In this document: positions 31,530 through 47,330 of the stretch, piece by piece
How the letters are laid out: each line of letters starts with the position of its first letter
Position numbering within the stretch: the stretch's first letter is position 1
From: Eledone cirrhosa
Lineage: Eukaryota
DNA: 64,000 nt
Direction: 5' to 3'
NCBI GenBank assembly: GCA_964016885.1
Contig: OZ024751.1
Coordinates: 4,402,001 to 4,466,000, forward strand
Made by a program: the position numbers and the translations under genes
The notes under the pieces: model-generated
The model's database searches: none
Seen by the model: only the letters and a program-made list of their open reading frames with translations
What the model was told of the DNA's origin: nothing

Positions 31530-31545
31530 ACACACACACACACAT

Positions 31546-31598
<53 letters not shown>

Positions 31599-34500
31599 TA
31601 CACATGCATACACATCAATATACACTCGTACAAAAATATACATACATGCAAAGAGATAAGCGTGCTAATTGTAATTATGGCAAAAAGAAGGTAAAGTTAC
31701 ATTGTAGTAGTGATTTGAGAAAAACTAGGATTTAGGATCAAATGATGGCAGCAGCTGAGAAGGAATAAGTTTGTTGGTAGATGAGGTACTTACAGACAAT
31801 TATGTGGTATAGACTTGTGAAGGATATAGTATACTTAATGAATATATTTCCGTGGGTAGTAGGTATCCTAATTTAAAGCTATGTTATGTTGGTTCGATTC
31901 ACGGAGGTTTGAATCTTATGAATTTAATGGCAATTCTATGACTGCAGAAGATAGATCTTTCTAACTTATTGATAAGTAGCCTTTTTACATTTTTAAGGAT
32001 ATAAAATAGCTGAAGATCACATAGCCCGCAGTGGGACATCCCTGTACTATAGGTTTTAGCAGCCGACAACTTCGACCACTTGATACTGTAGTTAGTGTTG
32101 CTGTCCTTCAATTCCCATATTTTTTTGTCGAGGGTTGTGGAACCCATAAATGCACGGTTTTTCATTGAGTGTCTGTGCACATACCATCTTTTTTTAAAAG
32201 AACCCGCGGTGGATCATATGTAATTCCAGGTGGAGTTACCCGAGATGACCGTGCACATGTACACCAGGCTCGAATCGAGACATCTGTTCGCCAATGGACA
32301 CCTATCTGGGAGGTGACAGTTACAGTTTGAGGCGCTGTTTTGTGCAGCTTTTACATTCCTGTTTAGTACTCTGTTATAAGTGGGTTGTGATATACGCCCA
32401 ATGGGGTTTTGCTGCTGCGCGTTTGTATGCGCTTGTGGTTGTGATGTTGTGATGTGTTTGTGCTTATGTATAGGTGCAGTTGATTTACTAGAGATATTTC
32501 TGTGGTTGATCTTGCGTATGTGTGATTCTATGTTAGCTGCTGTTGAGAATGAGAGTTTTATAGTAGATCTATTGAGTATTTTGTGATATCTATGCGAGAT
32601 AGGGAAGTGTTTATCTATTAGTTTAAAGAATGTAGAGGGCAGTCTAGTTTTTATAGAGGAGTTGAATATTGGGTTGAACCATAGGTATTTTCTTTGTCTG
32701 TTTCTCCTATTGTTTCTTGGGTTTACGTTATTAGTGTTTTGGCCGTTTACTCCAGGTGTTACGTATCTAACCCTATGTCTAGTCAAGCTATTCCTATTAT
32801 TATGTGAGCGGTTGGAGTAGTAATTACTAGGATTGTTTACGTTGTCCTTATTCACTATATACTGCAGTTTATCTTTATGACCGGCCCTACGTAATGCTGC
32901 ATTATAATAGTCAGCATGCTCGTTAAAGATTTGAGGATAAGCGGGATATTCGGAGGGATATACTACGTGCTATGGATCTAATTATGGATTTGGGGTGATT
33001 TGAGTTGTAACTAATGTAGGCAAGATTTTCATTATTTTTGTGGAAAGGTTCTATTAATCCAGTATTTAGATTTAGAGTTACATCTAGAAAATTTACCTTC
33101 TTATGGTTTAGTTCGTAGGTAATACTTAGGCCTAGTTTTTTGAAGAATATTCTAATATTTTTTCTTAGTCTTTCCATGCTCTGGTTGTTTAGGTTCCTAG
33201 CTATAAGTAACGTGTCGTCCCTATAAATTCCTCCTTGGAGGTTACTGAATTCCTTATGTAGGTTGTGTGCTATGAATAGCCCCACGATATCTGTGATTTG
33301 CGCAGAATCATTTGATCCCATTGTTATATCGAAGCTATTTATTCTATCCTTTCTTACCCAGTAGCTATTTTCAAATTTTATGATAGTCCTTCTAGCCGCT
33401 ATTATTATTTCAATTTCATCATGGGTAAGATCAGAGTTATTTTGGGCAAATATAAGCGCCTTATCTAGGGTAGCTGGGGATATGGATGCATAATAGTCGT
33501 CTATATCAAATTGTATGAAGTTACACGTCTCCCTATTTTGTATTTTATTGAACCATTTAATTGCCTCGTTAGTGTTGCCCCATAAATTGATTTCTAGTTT
33601 ACCCTTTATTTGTGCGATTACCCTATCTAGAATGTTCTTGCTAATTTTACCTATGTCTGACTTGGATGGGCATATTAATCTAATGGTGGGATTAGTTTCA
33701 AAGTTATTTTTGTGATCCTTCAGGTTAAATGTTGGGTTGCACGGGGTTAGCGGTTCGGTCCTATCTGAAATTCCGAGTTTATTAACTATCTTGAGGCCCT
33801 CCATGTTAATGCTGGTGAGTGTAGATTCATTTGTTTTTTTATATTTTTTATGTAGTTCACGCTGAATAAAGTTATTGTATGTGTTAATGTCCATAGAGTA
33901 TACGTTTGATGTTTTGTCTGCTTTTACTATGATACCGTTAGTGTCTTTTAGTTTTTTAAATAATGTATTTAAGTCACTTTGCAATTTGTTGTGATTTGTT
34001 CTTTTTTTAAATTTAGTTTCACTTATCATGTTCATAAGGTCCAGCTCGAAGGCATCGAGTGCGGGGTTGTTTGGCGGGTTTTTGCAGGATTTAAACCCGT
34101 AATTCTCCTTGGAAAATTCCTTTCCGTTGGTATTCGGTCCCTTATCGAAATGGTAAGCTTTCCATCGGACCCTGCGGATGAAATCATTAGTCCGTCGTAT
34201 CATGCCCAGTGTATAGTCCTTCTTTGTAGGTACAGGTATGTTTTTCAGTGACATACCTATATGGTGCTTCTCCATGTTGTTGCCGTGCGTTAATGGTGTT
34301 GCTCGACCAGGTGGGTAACAAATAATAGTTAAATGCAGTCCACCTAGGTAAAGTCCAGTTATGGTATTCCAGGTAGTGGATGATATTAACGCTTGGCTTG
34401 GTTTGACTCAACAAGGCGTTTTCATAGTGATGCTGCGAGTATGCCGTAATTCCTATGTTGTAAACACTTGGAGTAATAATAAATCAGGAAAGAAGGTTGA

Positions 34501-34758
34501 CATGGTTTGCTATACAAAAAAGGTTTAATCACATAGCTTACATTTGTTTCACTGAGCTGGTAGGTCTAGAGATCGCTATTCGCTTATTTTCGCGTTACTC
34601 GATCGCCAATACAAAATTATAACCAGTCAGATCTTCGGAGCATGCGCGAATGAAGAAAATACACAGGCAAGAAAAGAATATACAGGCTACTATATGAAGT
34701 AGTAATGGCATTCAATTAGAACAATAACAACAATTACAACAATGCTATTAATAAATTA
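30925..34758 (-). mobile_element. Penelope-like element, Naiad-like (RT plus C-terminal GIY-YIG), with direct pseudo-LTRs
   Basis: pLTRs ~30925-31200 and 34481-34758. ORF motifs SLKNIPVP..RRVRWKAYHF, VKADKT, QFDIDDYY, MGSNDSAQ, YRDD, CNC..CPL..CL, SLVY..YI(G), CGLC..CSHR. Confidence 0.9.
31899..34275 (-). pseudogene. Naiad-like RT/GIY-YIG ORF, disrupted by a frameshift (~32925) and a GGA>TGA stop (32214)
   Basis: ORFs 32923-34275, 32214-32855 and 31899-32180 are consecutive. The second copy has GGA at the YIG glycine. Confidence 0.9.
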
Positions 34759-36268
34759 GTAAAAGCAGACAAAACATCAAACGTATACTCTATGGACATT
34801 AACACATACAATAACTTTATTCAGCGTGAACTACATAAAAAATATAAAAAAACAAATGAATCTACACTCACCAGCATTAACATGGAGGGCCTCAAGATAG
34901 TTAATAAACTCGGAATTTCAGATATGACCGAACCGCTAACCCCGTGCAACCCAACATTTAACCTGAAGGATCACAAAAATAACTTTGAAACTAATCCCAC
35001 CATTAGATTAATATGCCCATCCAAGTCAGACATAGGTAAAATTAGCAAGAACATTCTAGATAGGGTAATCGCACAAATAAAGGGTAAACTAGAAATCAAT
35101 TTATGGGGCAACACTAACGAGGCAATTAAATGGTTCAATAAAATACAAAATAGGGAGACGTGTAACTTCATACAATTTGATATAGACGACTATTATGCAT
35201 CCATATCCCCAGCTACCCTAGATAAGGCGCTTATATTTGCCCAAAATAACTCTGATCTTACCCATGATGAAATTGAAATAATAATAGCGGCTAGAAGGAC
35301 TATCATAAAATTTGAAAATAGCTACTGGGTAAGAAAGGATAGAATAAATACGCAAGATCAACCACAGAAATATCTCTAGTAAATCAACTGCACCTATACA
35401 TAAGCACAAACACATCACAACATCACAACCACAAGCGCATACAAACGCGCAGCAGCAAAACCCCATTGGACGTATATCACAACCCACTTATAACAGAGTA
35501 CTAAACAGGAATGTAAAAGCTGCACAAAATAGCGCCTCAAACTGTAACTGTCACCTCCCAGATAGGTGCCCATTGGCGAACAGATGTCTCGATTCGAGCC
35601 TGGTGTACATGTGCACGGTCATCTCGGGTAACTCCACCTGGAATTACATAGGATCCACCGCGGGTTCTTTTAAAAAAAGATGGTATGTGCACAGACACTC
35701 AATGAAAAACCGTGCACTTATGGGTTCCACAACCCTCGCCAAAAAAATATGGGAATTGAAGGACAGCAACACTAACTACAGTATCAACTGGTCAAAGTTG
35801 TCGGCTGCTAAAACCTATAGTACAGGGATGTCCCACTGCGGGCTATGTGATCTTGAGCTATTGTATATCCTTAAAAATGTAAAAAGGCTACTTAACAATA
35901 AGTTAGAAAGATCTATCTTCTGCAGACATAGAATTGCCACTAAATTCATAAGATTCAAACCTCCGTGAATCGAACCAACATAACATAGCTTTAAATTAGG
36001 ATACCTACTACCCACGGAAATATATTCATTAAGTATACTATATCCTTCACAAGTCTATACCACATAATTGTCTGTAAGTACCTCATCTACCAACAAACTT
36101 ATTCCTTCTCAGCTGCTGCCATCATTTGATCCTAAATCCTAGTTTTTCTCAAATCACTACTACAATGTAACTTTACCTTCTTTTTGCCATAATTACAATT
36201 AGCACGCTTATCTCTTTGCATGTATGTATATTTTTGTACGAGTGTATATTGATGTGTATGCATGTGTA

Positions 36269-36319
<51 letters not shown>

Positions 36320-36335
36320 ATGTGTGTGTGTGTGT

Positions 36336-36376
<41 letters not shown>

Positions 36377-37100
36377 TGTGTGCGTAAATATATCCGTATA
36401 TTACTTCGTTAACCTCTGTATTAACTCAACAACTATTTAGCTTTGACAGTGTTGTCCCACTCATGTATACTATTGAAGATGAAGAGAAAGACTGTAAACA
36501 CTAGCTTATCTTTAAAATTTAAAATTGATATACACTTCGATACTCTGTACATGCCAAACGCTTTCTTTTGCCCCATGACAGCTAGTTTTACACGCCGTAA
36601 CGTTAGATACATTATATACCCCCCCACCTAAGTAATGTCAGGGTCTCCTTAAATAATTTATTAATAGCATTGTTGTAATTGTTGTTATTGTTCTAATTGA
36701 ATGCCATTACTACTTCATATAGTAGCCTGTATATTCTTTTCTTGCCTGTGTATTTTCTTCATTCTCGCATGCTCCGAAGATCTGACTGGTTATAATTTTG
36801 TATTGGCGATCGAGTAACGCGAAAATAAGCGAATAGCGATCTCTAGACCTACCAGCTCAGTGAAACAAATGTAAGCTATGTGATTAAACCTTTTTTGTAT
36901 AGCAAACCATGTCAACCTTCTTTCCTGATTTATTATTACTCCAAGTGTTTACAACATAGGGATTATGGCATACCCGCAGCATCACTATGAAAACGCCTTG
37001 TTGAGTCAAACCAAGCCAAGCGTTAATATCATCCACTACCTGGAATACCATAACTGGACTTTACCTAGGTGGACTGCATTTAACTATTATTTGTTACCCC
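34759..37100 (+). mobile_element. Inverted, 5'-truncated, internally deleted copy of the same Naiad-like element
   Basis: Reverse complement of 30925-33925 except for a ~820-bp deletion at ~35349. GIY-YIG intact (35573-35968). pLTR to ~36935, then 5' UTR to 37100. Confidence 0.9.
36767..36881 (+). ncRNA. Hammerhead-like motif with CCGAAGA core in the Naiad pLTR (also minus strand at 30975-31089 and 34531-34645)
   Basis: GCATGCT-CCGAAGA-TCTGACTGGT..ACCAGCTCAGT-GAAA-CAAATG-TA-AGCTATGT. Confidence 0.65.
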
Positions 37101-37137
<37 letters not shown>

Positions 37138-37145
37138 AATATATA

Positions 37146-37301
<156 letters not shown>

Positions 37302-37309
37302 AATATATA

Positions 37310-37368
<59 letters not shown>

Positions 37369-37447
37369 ATATATATATATGTAAATATATATGTCTATAT
37401 ATATATATATGTATATAGTAATAATAATAATAGTAATAATAATAAAA

Positions 37448-37493
37448 TTGAAGATCCCGTTAAGGGTGAAAGCACCGATTCTTTGCTTAAACT
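37448..37493 (+). ncRNA. 5'-truncated hammerhead remnant
   Basis: TTGAAGA-TCCC GTTAA GGGT-GAAA-GCA..TGC-TT. The 5' arm of stem I is not evident. Confidence 0.4.
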
Positions 37494-37538
37494 TTAATCT
37501 GTTATTTTAATAAATATATATATATATGTATATATATA

Positions 37539-37619
<81 letters not shown>

Positions 37620-37811
37620 GTATATATATATGTATATGTTTATATATATATAAATAAATATACACGGGTGTGTATGATTGTGTATAGAAGATTATATTAA
37701 TAAAGGGAATTCCAACTTTGTCTGATTTACTCGTTTTATTTACAATCCTTTAAAATTATAATGATATTATAATGAAATAGTATGGTAGAATATTAAATGT
37801 TAAACGTTAAT

Positions 37812-37850
37812 TGAACAAGTACGTTCATGCTTTCGGAATCTTCAGGTTCA
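37812..37850 (-). ncRNA. Minimal type I hammerhead in the Neptune-like pLTR
   Basis: TGAAC-CTGAAGA-TTCC-GAAA-GCATGAACGTAC-TT-GTTCA. Confidence 0.65.
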
Positions 37851-38280
37851 TATTCAGTGGTGACAGTCAAGTTTGCAATTTTCAACTGTAAATAGATGGG
37901 TAAAATCTGTGCCTTATATACAGTAAAAAGGGGCTACAGAATGCTAATTTTGCAAACTGTATTTCGACCAAACGGTGTGTAGTTTCACTAGATTACTAAA
38001 GCTGATTGGTTTAGGCGTCACGGTTGGTTGAGCATGTCTAACGACTTCTATTTGACCCTATCCAAAGCATCAATTGTTTTGCTATATTAAGAAATGATGA
38101 AAATAGGATTTTCTAGGTTTTTTATTAAAAATCTTCAGTAATTATCATCATCAACATCACTTTTATTATTATTATTGTTGTTGTTGTTGTTGTTGTTGTT
38201 GTTAGTCGTGGTAGTAGATATGGTCGTAGGCGTAGTCATAGTAGAAGTAATATCCCTAAGCATTATTATTGTTCATTTAA

Positions 38281-38347
38281 GGGGTCGATAAAACAAAGTA
38301 CCAGTAATGCACTGGTAATTGCTGGCCTTGTGCCAAAAGTAGAAACA
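38281..38347 (+). mobile_element. 5'-truncated SINE fragment with a flanking duplication
   Basis: GGGGTCGATAAAACAAAGTACCAG..GCTGGCCTTGTGCCAAAAGTAGAAAC, with ATTATTATTGTTCATTTA on both sides. Confidence 0.55.
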
Positions 38348-39635
38348 ATTATTATTGTTCATTTAGCTTGGGTTGGAATTTATCAATAAAATTCTTTTCT
38401 TTAATTTTTCTCTTGATTCCACTTGTTCTGTGTAATTTGTAGAATGGAAATATTATAAATATTTTCTGACCATATGTTGCTAGATGGTTTACTCAGGGGT
38501 ATCTGACGCACATTTGGGTCTCTGATTTGCTGTCGGTGCACTCGTGTACGTTCCGATAGTGCATTTCCAGTTTGACCGACATATAGTTCTTCACAATTCG
38601 GGAATTTAATGCAGTAAATTAGATTTCTGCTTTTGCAGTTCATATTTGCATTTGGGAATATTTTTCCAGTTTTTGTGTTCATATATTGACCAGTATGTAT
38701 GAACTGACATGTGCCACATCGACTATCATTGCATTTAGATACAGTGGATGATTGGTCTTTGTTGTTAAGGTCAAACTTTGCCTTTGTTAGTAATTACTTC
38801 AAATTTTTCGGCTGTCTTTTACTTAGAGTCAAAGATCGATCTGTGATTAAACCTTTTAATTCATTACTTTGAGCAATGATCGGTAGCTTTGCTTTGGCAG
38901 TGTTGAAGATATTCTGGTGACATGGGTTGTGTGTCATTATAAATGGTATGACCAGTTCTTGGTTTCTTCTTCCTTGGGTTGTCCTAAGTTGTTGTATAGG
39001 TATTTTTATAGCCCGCTGTATGCCATTTTCTATAAGTTGTGATGGGTGTTTTTGTTTGAGCAAAAATTCTCTCAGTTCTGTTAGGCGTTTGTTCCTGGTA
39101 TCGTATCTTCTACAATGGTACAAATTCTTCTGGCTAGGCAGTATGGGATGCTGCGTTTTGTACGAGGTGGATAGCGCGACTTAAAATTCAGATATTTATG
39201 GGTGTCTGTGTGTTTGTAGTATATATCCGTGGTAATGGTGGTGTCGTTTTTGATTACCATTATATCTAGGAATGGTACTACTCATCTCTTTTGTAAAATG
39301 GAGAGATGGGTGTATGTTATTCAGGAGGATATTGAATTCATCCAGAGTATCTAGAGATTCTGTCCAGATGATGAAACAGTCGTCAAGGTATCTCTTCCAA
39401 GACTTCTCAATGTACTTTCTAAATTCAGTACTATATTTTTCCTCTATTTCTTGGTAGAGTTGTTGTTCTAAGTATCCCATTACAGAGTTCGCGTAAACGG
39501 GAGCAAACTTCGTTCCCATCGCTGTGCCTCTAATTTGGATGTAATTCTTTTCATTGAAGAAGAAAGTGTTGTTTTCCAGATAAGTTTGACTGCGTCTAAT
39601 ATAAATGGCGTTGTGGATCTGGTGGAAATCACTCC

Positions 39636-42010
39636 TTGGAGTAATAAAATTGAAAAAGTGGAGAATAACATGGCCAACGGTACAAAAAGGGGATTTATTT
39701 ACAGTCTAACAATTGTTTCAATGATAAAGTTGTCTAAAAATTGCTGAACACTAGAAGCAGTGCCATTCAATTTTAAATACGATGTTAGCTCGATCAGATC
39801 TTCGGAAACTGTTATAAAAAATATATATAACCGGCAAATTTACAAATTCATATTACATCATCAATAATAATATTAATAATAAAGATAGAGAGAGGAAAGA
39901 AGGAAGAAAGGGAGATAGATACAGTAAAGAAAGAAAAGAAAAGAAAAAGAAACTTGGGCTGAATCATTTGATCCCATAGTTATATCGAAGTTATTCTGTC
40001 AATTTTTTCGCTCCCAGTAACTATTGTCGAATTTAATGATTGTTCTTCTAGCAGCTAGTATTATTTTAATTTCATCTGGTGAAAGGTCAGAGTTTTTTTG
40101 TGCAAAGGATAGTACCTTATTTAGGGTAACTGGGGAAATAGAAGAGTAGTAGTCATTTATGTCAAATTGTATTGTCATTTATGTCAAATTGTATATGGGA
40201 TCAAATGATTAAGCCGAAGTTACAGACATTGTCGGAATTTATATAGCACATTTCTTACATGGGAATTTGATAACCTACAAGGAGGAATCTATAGAGACGA
40301 TACACTACTTTTAGCTAAAAATCTAAATAATGAAAACTTAGAAAGATTAAGGAAAAAGATTAGAAAATTCTTTAATAATGTAGGCCTTAACATCACTTTT
40401 GAACCCAACTCTAAAAAAGTTAACTTCTTAGATGTATCGCTCAACCTTAACTCAGGACTCATGTAAAAATAATGAAAATTTAGCTTACATTGATTATAAC
40501 TCTAATCACCCTCGATCCATAATTAACTCCATAGCACATAGTATATCCCTTAGAATCTTGCGCCTATCTTCTAACCTAGAGATTTTTAACGAACACGCTA
40601 ACTACTACAACATAGCTTTACTTAAGGCAGGCCATAAAGAGAGACTCAAATACATACAAGATACAAAAAATAACAACACACTTAATATTAATAGCACTAT
40701 CCACACCTATAGAAACAACAAATCTAGGACTAAACAGAAATTGGCAACAAGCACGTAAATTAAATGAACAGAATACTAATATAAAGACCACTAATAACTA
40801 TAGAAGATGTAGAAATAGAAACTACTTATGGTTCAATCCAATGTTTAACTCCTCTATAAAAACAAAACTACCTTACACTTTCTTCAAATTGGTTGCCAAA
40901 CACTTCCCTAAAATTCATAAATATCATAAAATCTTCAATAGAAAACCTATCAAACTATCATACTACACTGCCAACAACATAGAATTGCACATACATAAAA
41001 TTAACTATAAAAGAATTTATAATACAAGTGGCCCGCAAATAAGTACCATAACACCAAATACAAAACATAAGCATATAACATCATCACAACCAAACACACG
41101 TCAGAACAATACATCAACAAACCCAATTCTCAGCTCATACATAGCAACTTACAAAACCATATCGAAGAACCGGCGCATAGAAAAGCATCTAAATGTAACT
41201 GCCATCTACCTGACAAATGCCCTTTACAAAATAGATGCCTCAGTACCCCCTCCCCCCAGTAACTTAAAATAGCATTGGCCGAATACGCTATATTAACTAA
41301 TCATAGCAGCTGTGTTAGACCCCAGATATTTTGTATTACTTTTTACTACCCAATTCTACAATTTCAATAATTCTTATTTAGTATTCTCAACTCATTCTAT
41401 AGCATTGGCCGAAAAAGCAACACCAACTAAATAATAGCAGCTGTTTTAGACTCTATAGTTTTTGTCTTTTATCAATTTTCACTATCCAATTTTATATTTG
41501 TATATATCTTTCTCTTATATTTTTATTATTTTTTCATTGTCCCTTAATCCTATTTGATTTACCCATTCTATAACGTCCCTCCTCTATTTTCTCCAGAAAC
41601 CTTTTTTCGCCTACCTCCTCTGGCCTACTTTCATACACAATCCTTAGAATTTGCCGTATAGATTTCACTTTCAACGCTTGACCGGCTCCATCCACTCCCT
41701 CATTGTTCTACAGGCAAGTTCAGCCACCCCATCACACCCACTGCCATGATAGACTTATTTGTATTTACAACAAATTTTGACCAATCTTCTTCACAACTAC
41801 AATCTTCCCATATAAGGAAGTACCCCGTGAAAAGTTCGACTATTTATTTACCAGACTAAAAATTCTAATTTAGTCCAGAAATAGCCGTCGAAACGGCTTC
41901 AGCTCTGCCGTCGGGGTCATACTTTTTCCTATTACCCACTCTACTACCCTAATTATTGAGTACTCTGGTGCGTTATGGTTTATCTGGTTCCTTACCACAA
42001 CTCCTTCGTT
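39636..42010. mobile_element. Rearranged, degenerate Naiad-like fragments (pLTR and RT piece on -, RT/linker and a pLTR on +)
   Basis: Minus strand 39953-40175 QFDINDYYSSISP..MGSNDSAQ. Plus strand 40195-41230 YRDD..WFNPMFNSSIKT. pLTRs carry HHR motifs at 39701-39812 (-) and 41822-41917 (+). Confidence 0.8.
39701..39812 (-). ncRNA. Hammerhead-like motif with CCGAAGA core and palindromic stem III
   Basis: ACAGTTT-CCGAAGA-TCTGAT..ATCATT-GAAA-CAATTG-TT-AGACTGT. Confidence 0.65.
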
Positions 42011-42104
42011 ATATATATATATATGTATATATATATGTATATATATATGTATATATATATATATGTATATATATATATGTATATATGTATATATATATAT
42101 AAAC

Positions 42105-42211
<107 letters not shown>

Positions 42212-42227
42212 GATATATATATACATA

Positions 42228-42278
<51 letters not shown>

Positions 42279-42300
42279 ATATATATATATACATATATAG

Positions 42301-44753
<2,453 letters not shown>

Positions 44754-45349
44754 ATGTATGTGCTACTGGTAACATGTATCCAAGTACAACCTGTCTCATG
44801 GTCGGGTCGTTGGCAACTAAACTGGCAACCCCACCAAGGTTTCTTGGTGAGGAGGGTGACTTTGGACATCCTGCAGGACTAAAAACAAAACCTGTCAAAG
44901 GGCAAAGGAGCTCTTAAGAATCAATGGCCATCCAAAATCACCGGGAGAGATGACCCCTTAGCCTTTGTCAAGGCAGAATTCTAGGAGAAGGAAAACTCTG
45001 ATATAACACCTGCAACCCTGATGGTATCCAATGATGTTGACTTGTTCTTCTTTTTGGTAAATATCATCTTGGTTAAGAGAGTGGGACTGGCTTTGTGCAG
45101 TGCCTTTGCTCACTATAAAAGCTTCACGGCACAGGCATTGCTTTATATCTGGATATCTCTCTGCACTTGTCGTCACATGGTACCATGGGCCCAGCACTAT
45201 GTGTCAATAATTGTCACAGGTGTCATGTTTGTACCAGAGTTTTCAAGTCACTGGGTGGTCTAAAATGTCACACTTGTTCAGCGCATCGGTAGGGGTTCAC
45301 CTACATGGATATAAAGTAGTGGCCGTACTCGAAAACGAGTTGGCAGCCA

Positions 45350-45385
<36 letters not shown>

Positions 45386-45387
<2 letters not shown>

Positions 45388-45595
45388 TTTTAATATAGAT
45401 GAGAATCTACAGGACTAGAACTGTTTCATTCTTTAGAAATCATCAGGAATCTGGCCAGGTTCCTGATGATTTCTAAAGAATGAAACAGTTCTAGTCCTGT
45501 AGAATCTCATCTATATTAAAACTTTTATACTCTGCTATTATTGAGTACCTTACTTACTGTGGTTACCTCCGATTCAACCCGGAATAACTTACCTA
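45386..45595. mobile_element. Mini fold-back pLTR: 138-bp palindrome of two divergent hammerheads (45403-45451 minus, 45458-45506 plus)
   Basis: GGTTC-CTGATGA-TTTCTAAAGAAT-GAAA-CAG..CTG-TA-GAATC, centred on TGGCCA, with (TA)n flanks. Confidence 0.8.
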
Positions 45596-45606
45596 TATAT
45601 ATATAT

Positions 45607-46220
45607 ATACAGTAACGGTTAAACTCACATGTAATAATTCTTTACACACATCTCACTGTGTAACACACTTCTCTCTGTGTAATATATTTGTATTTGAGCT
45701 CAGTTGAAAATTCTCTGTTCTTCTTTGAGCTAATATTATTATTACTGTGAACTGCAGAATACTCTAATTCCCATCCTTGTATAATTAACGAGCTCCAAAT
45801 TGTTGAGCTAATAAATTCGACTGGTTGGGCTGCGTTCTCTAGCATTTTCCCCAATTCATGAGAGCCGTTATTTGATGCAAATAACACGTTTTTTCGACCA
45901 GCTCTGGGCAGCGTGTATATTTGCGTTCTCTCTTTCCATTAGGCTAGATGTGTAGCGAACAATTCCACACTTGCTGACTGAGGAACCTGTGGACTTTTAC
46001 ACTACACATTTCAGTGGCGAAACGAAATAGATTCGTATTAGTAAGCTTATAGTTATAAGGTTGGTAATTTAAAAGTCTACTTCGGAGATTTCATTCTGAC
46101 TTAGTGTTCTTTCTATTTAATTGCTAACCTGTAGGTGTTGTTTTCCATATAGTAACGGTTAAACTCACATGTAATAATTCTTTACACTGTGTAACACACT
46201 TCTCTCTGTGTAATATATTT
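45607..46220 (+). mobile_element. ~540-bp terminally redundant non-coding unit with a canonical hammerhead (45970-46045)
   Basis: Direct repeats AGTAACGGTTAAACTCACATG at 45611 and 46151. HHR CTTGCTGA-CTGAGGA..TGGC-GAAA-CGAA..TTCG-TA-TTAGTAAG. Confidence 0.72.
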
Positions 46221-46252
46221 ATAAATATGCATATATATATATATGTACTATG

Positions 46253-46283
<31 letters not shown>

Positions 46284-46292
46284 CTATATATG

Positions 46293-46327
<35 letters not shown>

Positions 46328-46384
46328 GTATATATATGTATATATATATATGTGTATATATATATGTGTGTGTGTATATATATA

Positions 46385-46803
46385 TAGGATAAAAGAGAAA
46401 ACATAGGTAAGCATTAAAAAAAGGATTTTATTCAGGTATTTACGACCGTTTCATTGGTAAGTGCAACCTTATCTTGCTATACTGCAAATAGCAGCCACTC
46501 AATAATAATTGTTGTACACGTCCACATTTTCAAAATAGTGAATAAGTTACTCTTAACAAGTTCTTAATATATAGAAAAACATTTTTTGGAATTGTATTTG
46601 CTAGTATAGAGAGACAGGAAGAGGAATTAGAAAGTGGAGGGACAAAGGGAGTAGTATAGAGAGAGAGGAAGGGGGAGAAGAATTAGGAAGTAGGGTGACA
46701 AACTGAGATGGAGGTGGAAGGAATCTTTGATCAGTTTTGATATATGTAGACATGATGTCGTCGATTTAGAGTGTAGTGAGTTAAAGAGAATTAAATTGTT
46801 TAT

Positions 46804-46883
<80 letters not shown>

Positions 46884-47330
46884 GGAGAGATAGAGAGATA
46901 TATATAAAAAAGGGGGGCGTGAAAGAAGAAAAGAAAAGACATAAAAAAAAGAGGGAGAAGAAAGGAAGAAAACGAAAAGGAATGAAGGAGAAGGGAGGGA
47001 TATAGGTATTGGTTTTTGTGGGTAATTAAAGGGGTTGTGTACAATAATAGGGTAGAAAGTCTAAGTATATGCAGTTTGTCAGGTGGTAATGAGAGATTAA
47101 GGGTTCGATTTGCACTTGTAGTGCGAAAACATTTCTTTGAGTCTATGGTTACAATAAATCGATCTTTCGATTTTATTGTTGAGTAACTTATTCTTCGAAC
47201 TAAAAATGTGGAACAGCTCAAGGTCACATAATCGACGGCTTCTCATTTGCATATGAAGCTGCATAAGCTGGCTCAACTTATAATAGAAAAAAAATAGGAT
47301 TTCGCTTCAAGCATAGCTTTATACAATATG
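46385..47330 (-). mobile_element. 3' end of a Naiad-like element (GIY-YIG C-terminus, 3' UTR with (GA)n, pLTR)
   Basis: Minus strand 47120-47280 encodes RLCDLELFHIFSSKNKLLNNKIERSIYCNHR, matching the Naiad C-terminus. HHR at 46428-46545. Confidence 0.75.
46428..46545 (-). ncRNA. Type I hammerhead, U3-A8 core variant (TTGAAAA)
   Basis: TTATTCA-C-TATT-TTGAAAA-TGTGG..CCAAT-GAAA-CGGTCG-TA-AATA-CC-TGAATAA. Confidence 0.62.

Larger units (their letters stand above)
37660..39638 (-). mobile_element. Penelope-like element, Neptune-like, 5'-truncated and degenerate
   Basis: QIRGTAMGTKFAPVYAN, WKRYLDDCFIIW, Cys linker KCNDSRCGTC, GIY-YIG NLIYCI..LYVGQTG. Confidence 0.85.

Noticed and set aside
32214-32216. 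In-frame TGA in the Naiad ORF as selenocysteine (some Naiads are reported to encode selenoproteins)
   Set aside because: It falls on the YIG glycine and the sister copy (35651) has GGA, so it is a nonsense mutation.
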